This document shows, piece by piece, positions 35,356 through 46,200 of a stretch of DNA of 64,000 nt. The position numbers were made by a program, and so were the translations under genes. This DNA comes from Escherichia coli. Lineage in GTDB: Bacteria; Pseudomonadota; Gammaproteobacteria; Enterobacterales; Enterobacteriaceae. The notes beneath the pieces were generated by a model. That model was not told where the DNA came from. It made no database searches and saw only the letters and a list, made by a program, of their open reading frames with translations. The DNA is taken from assembly GCA_029351405.1 (NCBI GenBank), contig GCA_029351405.1_4841.1. One strand, written 5' to 3'. The stretch's first letter is position 1; every line of letters begins with the position of its first letter.

Positions 35356-37251
35356 TCAGGAAGCGGCTACGATACCACCGCCAGTTTCGATCTCGCTGAA
35401 CTCCATGTCCGGACGTACCGCAGCAAAGTCCAGATACACCCAGTTGATGGAGTATTCTGGTTTCAGCCAGATACCCGCGACCATCTGGTTCGCAGCGATA
35501 ACATCAGCGGTGTTATTGTCCTCGTCACACTTCACCATCCCGTCATAGATCGCGCCCATGTTGGCCAACTGGCGGATATATGGGCGGACAGCGTTGCTGA
35601 ACAACCCACGAGTGAATGCATCGTTGTTCTCACCAAGGTAGTATTTGGCGATGGCTGCGATATTCTGCTCTGCCATAATGAACAGACCACGAACGTTGAT
35701 GCGGTCGAACGCAGATGGGCGGGTCAGGCCAGTCTTGTCGCCGTACAACACGATGCCTTCGTTGGAGAAGGTGACGATGCTGTTGATCTGGTTGCGATAC
35801 AGCACAGCACGCTCATCAGAAGACGCAGACCACGCCATTCGATTATAGTTGTTGTATTTACCACGGTTGTGGAACGCTGGAGATTTGTAGATACCCGCGA
35901 TTTCAATGCTTCGCGCCCAAACACCTGCGGTGCCGCCACAAGCCGGAATCCAACGCATTTTGTCGTTGTACTTGTCGTACACATACGCCCAGTTGTCATC
36001 CATGAAGAAGTAGGAGGAGTCGCGAACAAGGCTTTCACGCCAGGCCACAACATCATCCATCTCACGGCCACGGTTTCCGACGACCGTATCGCGAAGAGGA
36101 GACACAAAGGACACTGTGTCTTTACGCTCAGTGGACAGGTCGATCAGTGCCTGCTGCTCAATCAGTTCTTCACAGAAACCGAACACTGGCTTGGCATCAT
36201 ACGCTTCGGCGTTGTTCAGTGCCTGGATAGCCGCAACACGGTTCCCAGTGTAATCGTCTACACCACCTTCGAGTTCAATGACACCAGCAGCCAGGGTAGT
36301 GGCGAAGGTGTACACCCAATTTGAGGTGCCGTTGATCACGTCTTTGAAGTACGCATTGGATCCATCAGATTTCTTAGAACCCTGAGCGGTCTGCACCAGT
36401 TCATACTTCTCGATGATCGTACCGGAAGCGCCAACAGTGGTGACGGCAGCGGTAGCAGTCAGACCATTCGCGTCTGGAACAATCGCAGTCGCAGCCTGAG
36501 GACCGATTGCTTTGTGGGTGACGGTGACGGTGTTGGACTTCACGACAACAGAAGAATACACGTCAGACAGAGACGTCAGCGCGGTTCCGATCTTTGTCGC
36601 CAGAGTCGCCGGAGTATCAGCGTCAGTGTACGCCACGGCTTCCCCAGCAACAGAGATGGAACCAGCAGCGGTGGCAGTACCGGATACAGAGATACGATCA
36701 ACCTGGCTAACAGCGCCAGAAGAGTCTGTGATGCGACCTACTTTGTCAACGATGGCGATATGGTACTCGCCAGCCTGCGGAGCATATGCGAAGTTGTTAC
36801 GGAATTCCCAGGTCGGGAACAGTGCAGCATCACAGATGTTCACAGCAATGTCGTTACCCAGAGAGCCAGCATAGCGGCCTGTCCAAGTAATAGACGCAGA
36901 TGGGGACGCAGTTTCGAAGTCTAGTTTGTTGCGGATAAGGATTGCAGTCTGACCTTTGGTTACAGCGTTGCGTGCCGCCGGACCGACCACACGGGTCACC
37001 CATGCAACAGAGCTGTAAGACAGGAAGTCAGCAATCACCAAGAAGTCGGTGGCAGTTGCATCGTTTGGCTTGAAGAATTTCTTTACCAGACCAGTTTCGC
37101 CACCAGTGACCAACACAGGGAGTTCTGCTTCACCCCATTGGAATTTGCCGACAGTCGCACCCTGAACAACAACGGATGGAGACGTCTGAAGCGTGGCATC
37201 ACGCTCAGTCCACTGTACGGACGGCGCAACGCTGAAGCTTTGAGTTGCCAT
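35356..37251 (-). CDS. tail sheath protein (gp18-like)
   Basis: ORF trimmed to ATG 37251 with GAAGGA RBS; about 630 aa, T4 gp18 size and position; late-promoter motif upstream, hairpin terminator downstream. Confidence 0.85.
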   Translation of the reverse strand: MATQSFSVAPSVQWTERDATLQTSPSVVVQGATVGKFQWGEAELPVLVTGGETGLVKKFFKPNDATATDFLVIADFLSYSSVAWVTRVVGPAARNAVTKGQTAILIRNKLDFETASPSASITWTGRYAGSLGNDIAVNICDAALFPTWEFRNNFAYAPQAGEYHIAIVDKVGRITDSSGAVSQVDRISVSGTATAAGSISVAGEAVAYTDADTPATLATKIGTALTSLSDVYSSVVVKSNTVTVTHKAIGPQAATAIVPDANGLTATAAVTTVGASGTIIEKYELVQTAQGSKKSDGSNAYFKDVINGTSNWVYTFATTLAAGVIELEGGVDDYTGNRVAAIQALNNAEAYDAKPVFGFCEELIEQQALIDLSTERKDTVSFVSPLRDTVVGNRGREMDDVVAWRESLVRDSSYFFMDDNWAYVYDKYNDKMRWIPACGGTAGVWARSIEIAGIYKSPAFHNRGKYNNYNRMAWSASSDERAVLYRNQINSIVTFSNEGIVLYGDKTGLTRPSAFDRINVRGLFIMAEQNIAAIAKYYLGENNDAFTRGLFSNAVRPYIRQLANMGAIYDGMVKCDEDNNTADVIAANQMVAGIWLKPEYSINWVYLDFAAVRPDMEFSEIETGGGIVAAS

Positions 37252-37292
37252 AATCTTATTCCTTCTCTGTAGAGTTTCGCTCAATTTGAAAG

Positions 37293-37300
37293 ATATTTAG
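37293..37300 (-). promoter_or_regulatory. late-promoter-like motif CTAAATAT
   Basis: About 45 nt upstream of the tail sheath start at 37251. Confidence 0.45.
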
Positions 37301-37303
37301 TGA

Positions 37304-39514
37304 TCACCGTCTCAGCCATTCTTCCATAGACATACCAGAGTGTTCATCATAAACCTGAATTCCACCGAACCCTGGGATGTTCTCCACAGAGTGAGGATCT
37401 GGCGTCGACATCATACCCCCAAATGGTAGCATCTGTGATTCTTCCATCGCAGACAACCGTCCTCTCATGTCCGCAGAGATATTTGAATTGGTGAGATCAC
37501 TAAACCATTCTTGTTTCACCGCCCATGCATACAACACGAGGGGCATTACACAGTCATCATGACAACCATCATCGGCTTCATACCTTGTTCCAGTCCATAC
37601 GAATGTACTGAGTTCATCTATCGTGTCCTGGTCATCTATCACCAGCATTTCACGTTCAATCAGGGCTTTCAGGTTGGCACAGCCGTTTGTGCGCACCTTC
37701 TTGTTGGTATTGATACCAGGTTCAGGGCGGCGACCACCGATTCTCTTGCCTGTGCCCTTGGTATCTGTTGTGGTGAAGATGATCTCGGGATATTCAATTT
37801 CCTGGTATAGAATTGTGATTACCTGACCACCCACGTCGTTGTTGGTCTCGACTAGCATCGGGCACGTTCCATACTTCTCGCCCATATCGGCGATTGTGTA
37901 CGCATACATCATTGGAGGTATCGTGTTATTTCGATACTTGGCTGCGATCTTGTGAGGATAGTCTGTGATGTCGATAATGGTCAGCACAGAATAATCCCCT
38001 TCGACACCCTTGCCTGTATCTGCGATACCCATATAGATGCGCTTAGGATCGTAGTCGTGATAAATCTTGGTGAACTCGTTCGGCTCCTGATACAGCTTCG
38101 AGGTCATCTTGTCCAGACACTTGGCAGGTATCAGTGATCCCACAGAACCACGGAACTTAATACCAAATTCTTGATCGAAACGTGCATCACCCAGCTTCGC
38201 CCTTTGTTTGGATTCCCAGTCTGGATCTTTGGTGTACGTTGGAACACGATACCATGGGACCTCTGTGAGTTTGAAGTCGTTGTATTGTGGATGTTCTGGG
38301 TTCGCCTTGGTGACGATGTCGTAGAACAACCCGCGCTGACCTTTCGGCGTACTGGTCAGAATACAACGTGAAGTCTCTGCAGATGCAATCGCCGGGAATG
38401 TAGACTCCCAGAATTCAAAGTCGTTTTCAATGAACGCCACTTCGTCCACATACAGGAGCGATACAGATCGACCACGGATGGAGTCGGAAGATGTCGCATA
38501 GGCGTAGATCTTTGATCCGTTTTCGAACTCGATCAGCGTGGAACCGAACTTCTCACAACCCTGTTGGAGGAAGAATGGCAAATCTTGATATGCTTTGCGA
38601 ATACGATCTAGGATTTCAATCGCCTGCTTCTCTTTGTTCGCCAGTACTGCGATCTCTTTGTCAGAGTGGAACATGGCATACCAGAGCAGGAACGCTGCCA
38701 CGACAGTCGTGTTGTGGCTGAGGAAGCCGTTGGTGTAGTAGCGCTGATCACTAGATTTCACCTGTAGGTCATACATGTGATGCGTCTCACCAGTCTGCCA
38801 AACCTCACGGATTTCTTCTGGACCTTCTGATGTCATGATGTATGACCCAGCATTCAGGTCTTTGGCAAATATCTCCTTCATTTCCGGGGTGAAGAATATG
38901 TGTTCGTCGGCCACGTTAATTCGCCGCCCAGTAACAGTCACAATAACGAATTCCGCATATTTCTTCGTCTTATGCGCTGCGATAACCGGAACCCAGCCAC
39001 TATCGGATTGCACAAAGTAACGTTTGCCGAAGCGGCTGTCCACAAACTTGTCATGGTTGCCAATGGTATTCAGCGGCACAGCGTGATTGACGTCCTCGAA
39101 ACGGCTGTGAAGCTCCCCTATGGTCAGGAGCAACTGCTCTTGGCTGAGAGTATCGTAAACTGTGACAAGCGTGTCACCTTTTACACATTTCCCAGACTGA
39201 CGAGCCTGGACGACCGCATTGAATCGATAGTCCTGGAAGTCATGGAACAACTGCTTCTGATAATCGTGCATGTCAAAGAGGATGAAGCCTTTATCGATGG
39301 TCGTGATCTTGTAGTAGTTGGCGGCGAAGTAATGGGCGTCCATCGCGCACTCGACGAACTCCGATTCCTGCTCATCTGTTAGCATCAACTCCACACGAGG
39401 AGCACGCACAGACGGCTTGCGCATGAACGTTTGGTCCATACGCAGTCTGACGTCTTCTGTCTTAAACCCCGTCTTGAGCGGGGCATATTCTACATCACGC
39501 TTCTGATACGCCAT
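37304..39514 (-). CDS. large terminase subunit (gp17-like) containing a mini-intein
   Basis: ORF trimmed to ATG 39514 with AAGGTGA RBS; Walker A split as ARQSGK / intein / TTVVAAF; T4 gp17 size once the insert is removed. Confidence 0.85.
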   Translation of the reverse strand: MAYQKRDVEYAPLKTGFKTEDVRLRMDQTFMRKPSVRAPRVELMLTDEQESEFVECAMDAHYFAANYYKITTIDKGFILFDMHDYQKQLFHDFQDYRFNAVVQARQSGKCVKGDTLVTVYDTLSQEQLLLTIGELHSRFEDVNHAVPLNTIGNHDKFVDSRFGKRYFVQSDSGWVPVIAAHKTKKYAEFVIVTVTGRRINVADEHIFFTPEMKEIFAKDLNAGSYIMTSEGPEEIREVWQTGETHHMYDLQVKSSDQRYYTNGFLSHNTTVVAAFLLWYAMFHSDKEIAVLANKEKQAIEILDRIRKAYQDLPFFLQQGCEKFGSTLIEFENGSKIYAYATSSDSIRGRSVSLLYVDEVAFIENDFEFWESTFPAIASAETSRCILTSTPKGQRGLFYDIVTKANPEHPQYNDFKLTEVPWYRVPTYTKDPDWESKQRAKLGDARFDQEFGIKFRGSVGSLIPAKCLDKMTSKLYQEPNEFTKIYHDYDPKRIYMGIADTGKGVEGDYSVLTIIDITDYPHKIAAKYRNNTIPPMMYAYTIADMGEKYGTCPMLVETNNDVGGQVITILYQEIEYPEIIFTTTDTKGTGKRIGGRRPEPGINTNKKVRTNGCANLKALIEREMLVIDDQDTIDELSTFVWTGTRYEADDGCHDDCVMPLVLYAWAVKQEWFSDLTNSNISADMRGRLSAMEESQMLPFGGMMSTPDPHSVENIPGFGGIQVYDEHSGMSMEEWLRR
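38711..39187 (-). mobile_element. mini-intein (159 aa) within the terminase P-loop
   Basis: Insert begins CVKGDTLV, ends GFLSHN, followed by Thr; excision recreates QSGKTT; no endonuclease domain. Confidence 0.7.
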
Positions 39515-40211
39515 CGTCTTCACCTTCTTCCTTCGGCTCTGCCTGAACGTCGATTACATCTTCTTCGGGATCAGGTCCTTTGGATGCAGCTTTCGCTGCA
39601 GTACGTTCTTCAGCACGTTTACGGGCGTCTTCGATGGTCTTCAGTAGATCACGAGAAGACCTGGCCTGTTTACCGACGTTGACCGTGGTTGTGCCATCAG
39701 GGGACGTGGTGACCTCGACGGTTGTTTCGTCTCCAGGAGGTGGCTCTCTGTCGCCCGTGACCGCCTTGATAGTTTTCTGGTTCTCCATCAGGTCTTTGTT
39801 CAGACCGCGCATGAGTTCACCCAACTCTTTGAAGACTGTGAAAGCACGGGGTGCTTCAGTCGTCGTCGCAAGTTTGGCTGCCTGTCCCATCATGAACATC
39901 GTGGCTTCCTGCATGGCATAAGTCGTGTCACGGATGCGTTTGTAGTCGGTGGTGGCATCAGTGTCTTCGAAGTCTGGAACCTTAGATTCCTTGGGCTTCA
40001 GCTCTTCTGGGTCCAATGAAGGAGGAAACACCACAGGCTCATACCCCGCAGTCTCATACCCCGCAGGCTTTTCACCCAACCATTCGCCTGTATCCGGATC
40101 GTAATCTTTTCCGGCCATAGGCGAGGTCTTCTCCATGACTTCTTGAGCGACCTCATCCCGCGCTTGGATAGCACTGAGGGTGGATAATAGGCGTTCTGAC
40201 ATAGCACTCAT
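39495..40211 (-). CDS. small terminase subunit (gp16-like, tentative)
   Basis: ATG 40211 with GGAG RBS; lies immediately upstream of the large terminase gene and overlaps its start. Confidence 0.5.
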   Translation of the reverse strand: MSAMSERLLSTLSAIQARDEVAQEVMEKTSPMAGKDYDPDTGEWLGEKPAGYETAGYEPVVFPPSLDPEELKPKESKVPDFEDTDATTDYKRIRDTTYAMQEATMFMMGQAAKLATTTEAPRAFTVFKELGELMRGLNKDLMENQKTIKAVTGDREPPPGDETTVEVTTSPDGTTTVNVGKQARSSRDLLKTIEDARKRAEERTAAKAASKGPDPEEDVIDVQAEPKEEGEDDGVSEA

Positions 40212-40213
40212 AA

Positions 40214-40909
40214 TCAATCTCCAGGATGATGTACACCGTCTTTGTCAACACGGAACCACTCCGGCAGTTCCGTCCACGGTGTTTTCAAATCATTAGACAT
40301 TTCGATAATTATCTCTTTGATCCCGTTAGGATCCCCGCCTCCACCGTTGTCCACCCAATAGTCATACCCGTAGATGAAGCCGCTCAGCTGGAACATGAAG
40401 GAGCAGTCGACGTGTGGTGAATCAGAAGCATCCCCTTCCCAGTTATCGGACATCTGGTGGCTGATCAGTTGGATCTTGATCTTCTGGTCTTGCTGTAGTG
40501 TATCGTTGTCCTTGATACCACAGTCTAGAGAGGGGGTGAATACCGAATAAACCTGCTCTAGCACCTGTAACATCTCAATCAATTTCTTGGTTCGGATATT
40601 GTACTCAAAATCGATAATCAGGGGGATTCGCTGCTTCGCCCCTGCTGTTGGTGTCGATTGTCGATTGTGGTACGTCTTCGTCACCTGTTTGTTGATCTCA
40701 AACTGACCAAAAGAGAAAGTCGCAAATGGAAGCATGTTGGACGGCACGTTCCTGTTGAGGTCATTGCGTCTCCCGATGGCCATGTGTAATGGGACTTCCA
40801 TAAGACCACGCTCTGTGTTCACCTTCAGATCAGACATAATGGTGGCAAACAGATTGATGTATTTCATCAATGAATCATGGTAGAAGTAATTTTCAAATGG
40901 TCTGGCCAT
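40214..40909 (-). CDS. tail completion/sheath stabiliser (gp15-like, by synteny)
   Basis: 231 aa in the position of T4 gene 15. Confidence 0.4.
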   Translation of the reverse strand: MARPFENYFYHDSLMKYINLFATIMSDLKVNTERGLMEVPLHMAIGRRNDLNRNVPSNMLPFATFSFGQFEINKQVTKTYHNRQSTPTAGAKQRIPLIIDFEYNIRTKKLIEMLQVLEQVYSVFTPSLDCGIKDNDTLQQDQKIKIQLISHQMSDNWEGDASDSPHVDCSFMFQLSGFIYGYDYWVDNGGGGDPNGIKEIIIEMSNDLKTPWTELPEWFRVDKDGVHHPGD

Positions 40910-40911
40910 GA

Positions 40912-41562
40912 TTATTCTCCAAAGTCGATCTTCATATTGTCTGTTGCAAGCCCCTTCTCAAGATCATCTGCTAAAGCATTGTCGGTCTGTAGAGAAGAAT
41001 CCTTGTACACGTCCGGTTCGTTCTCTTCGTCCAAGATGGACAGACGTTTGTCAATATCGTCGATCTCCGGAACGCCCGTATCGAAGTTTTCGTTGCCGTA
41101 CTGGAACAACGTGCACGGCAGAGAGAACGTATACCATTTGCCAAATTGCATGAAGTCTTCATCGTTGTTCGGGTTGTTGACCTTGAAGATCTTGTTCGCC
41201 AGTGGTAGATAGATCAGGTCACCTTCCTGAGGTTGTTGTTCAATCCCAACACCGTTGCCTATCACCTCGGCAAATCGGCGGCGCGAGATAGAGAACGTCA
41301 CTTCGTCTTGCAATTGGATACCCCCAAACTTCTCCCACATCTGGGTGTTGAAGCCCTGATAATCCTGCATGTACGCTTCGATGTCGAACGCCTGGTCGAA
41401 CCTGTGGTTAGCATCGTTGGTGATAGGAAATTTTTCAACGATGGAACGGGGTATATACTTGATGTCTATCCCGCGCAACTCAATCATTTCCTGTACCAAA
41501 TCTTCAATCAGCTTCTGTGTGCCTTGGTGATTGGTGGCGTTGAAATATTTAGAAGTGGCCAT
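40912..41562 (-). CDS. neck protein (gp14-like, by synteny)
   Basis: 216 aa; late-promoter motif upstream. Confidence 0.4.
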   Translation of the reverse strand: MATSKYFNATNHQGTQKLIEDLVQEMIELRGIDIKYIPRSIVEKFPITNDANHRFDQAFDIEAYMQDYQGFNTQMWEKFGGIQLQDEVTFSISRRRFAEVIGNGVGIEQQPQEGDLIYLPLANKIFKVNNPNNDEDFMQFGKWYTFSLPCTLFQYGNENFDTGVPEIDDIDKRLSILDEENEPDVYKDSSLQTDNALADDLEKGLATDNMKIDFGE

Positions 41563-41583
41563 ATCGATACCCTCAATTTTGAA

Positions 41584-41592
41584 GGTATTTAG
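41584..41592 (-). promoter_or_regulatory. late-promoter-like motif CTAAATACC
   Basis: About 25 nt upstream of the gp14-like start at 41562. Confidence 0.4.
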
Positions 41593-41621
41593 TCGAAGTT
41601 TATTCTTTTGAGGAATAGCTC

Positions 41622-41834
41622 ATGCAAGTGGAAGACATTAAAGAAGTTCGCAGCGGTCGTCGCGTCCGAATCATCTGTGTAGACGCCAAGATTGGAGGTG
41701 GTGATTACGACATCGTCGGTCTGGTGAAAGAAGTAGATGGCACAGACTTCATTGAGTGGTGGAACTCCAAAGACAAGACAGAAGACGGTCTGCTGCGTGG
41801 TAGTGGCAACGGAAACCTGGATTTGAAAATCTAA
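41622..41834 (+). CDS. small plus-strand hypothetical protein (70 aa)
   Basis: ATG with GAGGAA RBS; strong hairpin plus T-run terminator directly downstream. Confidence 0.5.
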   Translation: MQVEDIKEVRSGRRVRIICVDAKIGGGDYDIVGLVKEVDGTDFIEWWNSKDKTEDGLLRGSGNGNLDLKI

Positions 41835-41836
41835 AA

Positions 41837-41862
41837 GAAGGGCGGGTTCCCGCCCTTCTTTT
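41837..41862 (+). terminator. bidirectional intrinsic terminator
   Basis: GAAGGGCGGG-TT-CCCGCCCTTC followed by TTTT; after the plus-strand 70-aa gene and the gp13-like gene. Confidence 0.6.
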
Positions 41863-42619
41863 ACCCCATGTAGAAGTCGATAGGGTACTGCTGGCCAGTG
41901 CGCAGTTCTTCCTCTAAACGCTCGATCTCCGCTTCAGCCTCACTGAACATAGTATCACCATCCAGCTCAATACCGCCAGGGAGACGGATGCCTCTTGCCT
42001 TCTTGAGCACTTCCGCCCAGCGGCGCTTGACCAACGCAGTTGCATATGCCTTCAGCCACATATCATTCCATGCTTCTTCATTACCCTCAACCTCTGGGTC
42101 GATGTTCTGGAAGCATTTGAACGCCAACACCTCGTCCTTTATCAGGGCGAATTGTGGGTAGAGTTTGCGCTGGAATTTCTTGTAAACGAAGGTGCGCTTC
42201 ACGTTCAGTACACTGGTGATGTCAGACAAACGCTGTTGCATTGAAACATAGTCGACCAAGCGGATGGAAACGAGGGCGGCCTTTGGTACCAACATGGCTT
42301 GGGCCATCTGCCATTGAGGGGTTGCCCAGTTACCGATCGATTCAATCGGAGGGCCAACGATGACTTCAACCACGTCGTCGATGTCTTTGGGGAACTCGAT
42401 GTAACCGTTGGTGATAGTTTCTTCAGTCACCTGGTGAACAAAGAATGCGTCCTGACTGCCATCACGATGATACTCCCAAAACTTCTGTAGAGCATCGTCT
42501 ACAGCATCCGAAACTTGCGTTGGGTCAAGGTTGATCTGAATTACAGGTGCCCCCAATTTCTTGAGAATGTAATTCATAAATCCTTTACGATCAACAATAG
42601 AATTAACGGCCATTGCCAT
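41861..42619 (-). CDS. neck protein (gp13-like, by synteny)
   Basis: 252 aa in the position of T4 gene 13. Confidence 0.4.
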   Translation of the reverse strand: MAMAVNSIVDRKGFMNYILKKLGAPVIQINLDPTQVSDAVDDALQKFWEYHRDGSQDAFFVHQVTEETITNGYIEFPKDIDDVVEVIVGPPIESIGNWATPQWQMAQAMLVPKAALVSIRLVDYVSMQQRLSDITSVLNVKRTFVYKKFQRKLYPQFALIKDEVLAFKCFQNIDPEVEGNEEAWNDMWLKAYATALVKRRWAEVLKKARGIRLPGGIELDGDTMFSEAEAEIERLEEELRTGQQYPIDFYMG

Positions 42620-42941
42620 TCCCCTTGTTGCTCTGGATATCAGCGACGGTGATACGTAAAGTGCGAACGTCGTCGGATAGACTGTTGCTATTGAGTTTCA
42701 ACTCAGCAACGTTCTGCTTGACGTAGTTAACGTCTGTGTTTAACACAGCAATCTTCTCATTCATATCGTTCACCTTGGTGAGGATTAGGTCGACCTTGTT
42801 GGAGTCACGCTCAACCACATCAAGGCGATTCTCAAATTTACCCATCATCCAAACAACCGAGCCAACAGAGACTATCGTCGCCGTCAGCACCCCAGTGAGG
42901 ATCGCTTTCACATCGATCACAGTGTCAGTTTGGGTTGCCAT
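42603..42941 (-). CDS. membrane-anchored coiled-coil protein (112 aa)
   Basis: ORF trimmed to ATG 42941 with GGAGGTC RBS; hydrophobic helix AILTGVLTATIVSVGSVVWMMG followed by heptad-like region. Confidence 0.4.
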   Translation of the reverse strand: MATQTDTVIDVKAILTGVLTATIVSVGSVVWMMGKFENRLDVVERDSNKVDLILTKVNDMNEKIAVLNTDVNYVKQNVAELKLNSNSLSDDVRTLRITVADIQSNKGNGNGR

Positions 42942-43173
42942 CTTGACCTCCTGACGGGAGTTCAATCCCGAGGTGTTCTGCCATGAGTTGTACCATCGCT
43001 GTCAGTTGATCTATTTGCGCTGCCTGCGCTGCAATAGTTCTGTCCTTTTCTTCCTGATTTCGACGAGCGTTCAGTGCTGCCAAACCGGCAGCATTGTCTG
43101 TGCAGATGATAGCCCCAGGGCAAGAGCTACTTCTCATCATCGATGCATGCCCTTGTACTTTTACACCACGCAT
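42925..43173 (-). CDS. hypothetical protein (82 aa)
   Basis: ATG with AGAGGA RBS. Confidence 0.4.
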   Translation of the reverse strand: MRGVKVQGHASMMRSSSCPGAIICTDNAAGLAALNARRNQEEKDRTIAAQAAQIDQLTAMVQLMAEHLGIELPSGGQDGNPN

Positions 43174-43222
43174 GATAATATCCTCTGTTAATGGCGGGGC
43201 AACCCCGCCTTGTTAATACTAC

Positions 43223-46200
43223 TTATGCCAGAGCAATCAAACGGAAATCTTTGAATGACGGCGGTGCTGTGCGGTTGCCTCTGACCAGCAGGCGGATCTT
43301 CAGACCAACGAAAGGATTGGTGCTGTCTACAGTCTTGTCATACTCATATTCGAAGAATGTAGAACCGTCATTGACCAGAGGGGATGTCGGTGTCACAGTT
43401 TCCCATGCCACATTATCCATCTCCTGGCCTGCGCGCAGCAGTTTAACCTGCACAGTCATTGAAGACTGAGAAGGTAGCATCGCGCCGAAGTATTGCTTCA
43501 GAGTGGTGCAAGGGTTATCGAATCCAATATCCTTGGTCACATAGCTGAACACATCTTCAAACGGATCCACACCGTAGGTGTTGAAGATGATAGTGAAATC
43601 ATCACCGTCGATCATTGGAGCCGTGTAGACATTACTCTCGTTGCGAGTCATGGTTGCACGAACCTGGAAGTCGCCCACCTGACGATAGATACCTTCCGTC
43701 GGCAGAGACACGTCTGTATCGGATTCGAACTCAACCCAATCAGAGAATGAGTTGGAGGTCGCATCGCGATAGCGGTATTCCAGTTTCAATACAGATCCTT
43801 CTAGAGCTGAATTGGTGACGCTTGCGTAGAACATGTCTACCAAGTAGTTGCCTAGGAAAGAAGCCGCTTCACCACCAATCTGACCGTCGGAGTCGGCGTT
43901 GGAACTCAGAACAAATTTGAACGTCGTGAACGTCGCATCAGTCACAGTGTGTCGAGCGTTCAGTTGCTCAGGAGTGAAACCACAACCACCCGTCAACCCA
44001 GACAGAGTAACACTTTCACCCGCAGTCAGGCCATGCCCCGGAGCGTACACAGTAACAGTTGAAGAACCGTTGACACATTTCACGGTGTTCAGACCCAGAG
44101 GGCGGATCTTCGGACCGACTTTAGCATCGAAGGTCACGATGTTTGAACCAGCGGAGAAGTTACAGCGATACACACGGAACTTCATATCGGCAGTCTGGTT
44201 TGGAGTCCAGGTCGTACCATTTGAAGATGTGAAGAACACGCCAGTGTACGGCTGTTTGGCAATGAACTCGTTGGTCAGCAAGTTCTTCTTACCCATCTCT
44301 GCGATGTATGCGTTGTAGTCCTGAGTGTTGGCCAAGAGAACAATCGCGAACTCAGTCTGCGCCTGCAGATACACAGGATAATCAAACTTGAACATCGTCG
44401 GCACAGAAGAGTCTGTGGAGATGGAAACTTCTGATGGATTCAGAGTCTTACGAGTGACGACAGTCGTCGCTGGCAGACCATTGCTCATCTCGCGGATTTC
44501 CAGAGTGATCGGGATATCACGGGACTTGGTAGAGAAGAACACTTCGATGCCTTCGATGTATTCGCCGCCGATATTGGTGGCAACCATGAAGGACTGGGCG
44601 ATAGGATCTTTCCACTTCGCGACTTCAACCGTCTCTGTTTTGTTTTCAGTAGACTTGGTCGCAGTGTATCCCAGGACGCGAGTGTTGACATAAGTCTTCT
44701 GGATGCCCTGTTTCTTGCCGAAGGACTTATGAACAGCCTCAGCATTGGTCAGGGTATCATCAGCAGACTTGCTGTCCACAGGACTGTCAGTCAGACGGAA
44801 GACGTTGTCACCCGTGTTAAACTTGATAGTCTCGTTCTGGGGAACCGCAAACACACCTTTGATGTTACCGTTGGCATCAGTGTTCAACGCACCACCCAGT
44901 ACACCACCGTTTGGGGTACAGTACGCGCTCACATCACGCCCAGAGAAGAACGGATACACACGAGTGAACGGACGCAGGCCTGTGGCTTCGAAGTTGATGT
45001 TCGTTTTGCGCATGTATGGGATTACCTGCGTTTCAACGATCTGCTCACCAGTCAGGGTAGTGGTCGTCCTGTCGGTGTACGTGTACGTGGTAATGTCACG
45101 GGTGGACACAGTCGTGCGGTAGCGGTAGCCCCACCATACACCACCCGCACCATGCGGTTCCCACACACGCTCAGACACGGACACAGTACGCCATGTGCCA
45201 TACACAGAACCTTCTTTGATCGCACCACGGGTGTTGATCGTTTCGTTGATCACACGTGGAGTAACATAGTAGTTCTCAAACCAGTAATCAGTAGTTGGGT
45301 TCAGTTTCAGGAATCCTTCCCAGTTGAACACCGCATACGGGTTCACGTTGATGGTCGTGGTTGCATAGTCCTGGCGGACAGAGATCTCACGGGTGTAGTT
45401 GCATACAACCATGCCATCCTGAACGTTGTTCCAACCGACTGGCGTCAGGTCAATCGCGTTCTGCTGAACAAACGGGCGTAGGCGACCATTGTCAGTGTCG
45501 ATTGAGCCCACCCAGTCTGCAGACAAATCGTCGATCAGACGGAAGTCTTTGAATGGGTCTGCTGCGATACCGTTCTTGAAGCGCGGGTTGCCAGTAATTG
45601 GATCGAACACCTGTTGTGTCATCGCCGAGGATTCCAGCTGAGACAGTGAGGTGTAATATTCGACATTGGAGATACGGGTCTCCAGTTTACCGATATCGCG
45701 CATCGTGTAGCGGCGGTTGTCGATAGTGCGAATCTGGATGTCGTCAATGTTGGCCGTGTATGGTGGGATCATCAATTCATACAGGCGCATGCCGTTGTCT
45801 GGGATCGCAGGGGAAGCCAGGTTGTTGGAACTCACACCACGAGCAACGTTGAACACACCGTTGTCTGCCAGATACACAGCATCAATACGAGGCAGATAGT
45901 ACTCTGCATCTAGGATGATCGCGGTGTTCGGGCGAACCATGTCCGTGTCAGACGCTCCGCTGGTGATCTTAGGACGGAAGTCCAGGCTGTCGGCCAACCC
46001 ATACACAGTACCAGAACTGGATGAAACATAGTTCGGGATGTCTGGGTAGTTGATGGACGAATAGGAGTCCGCTGTGAAGAAATCACCAGAGCTGTGAGCG
46101 AAATACTGATACACCACCGTGAACGTCCCTGAAATGGCTCCAGTGGACGATATGAGGTTAGAAAGGTAGTATGCCGCATCGCGTTGACCGCCGTCCAGAG

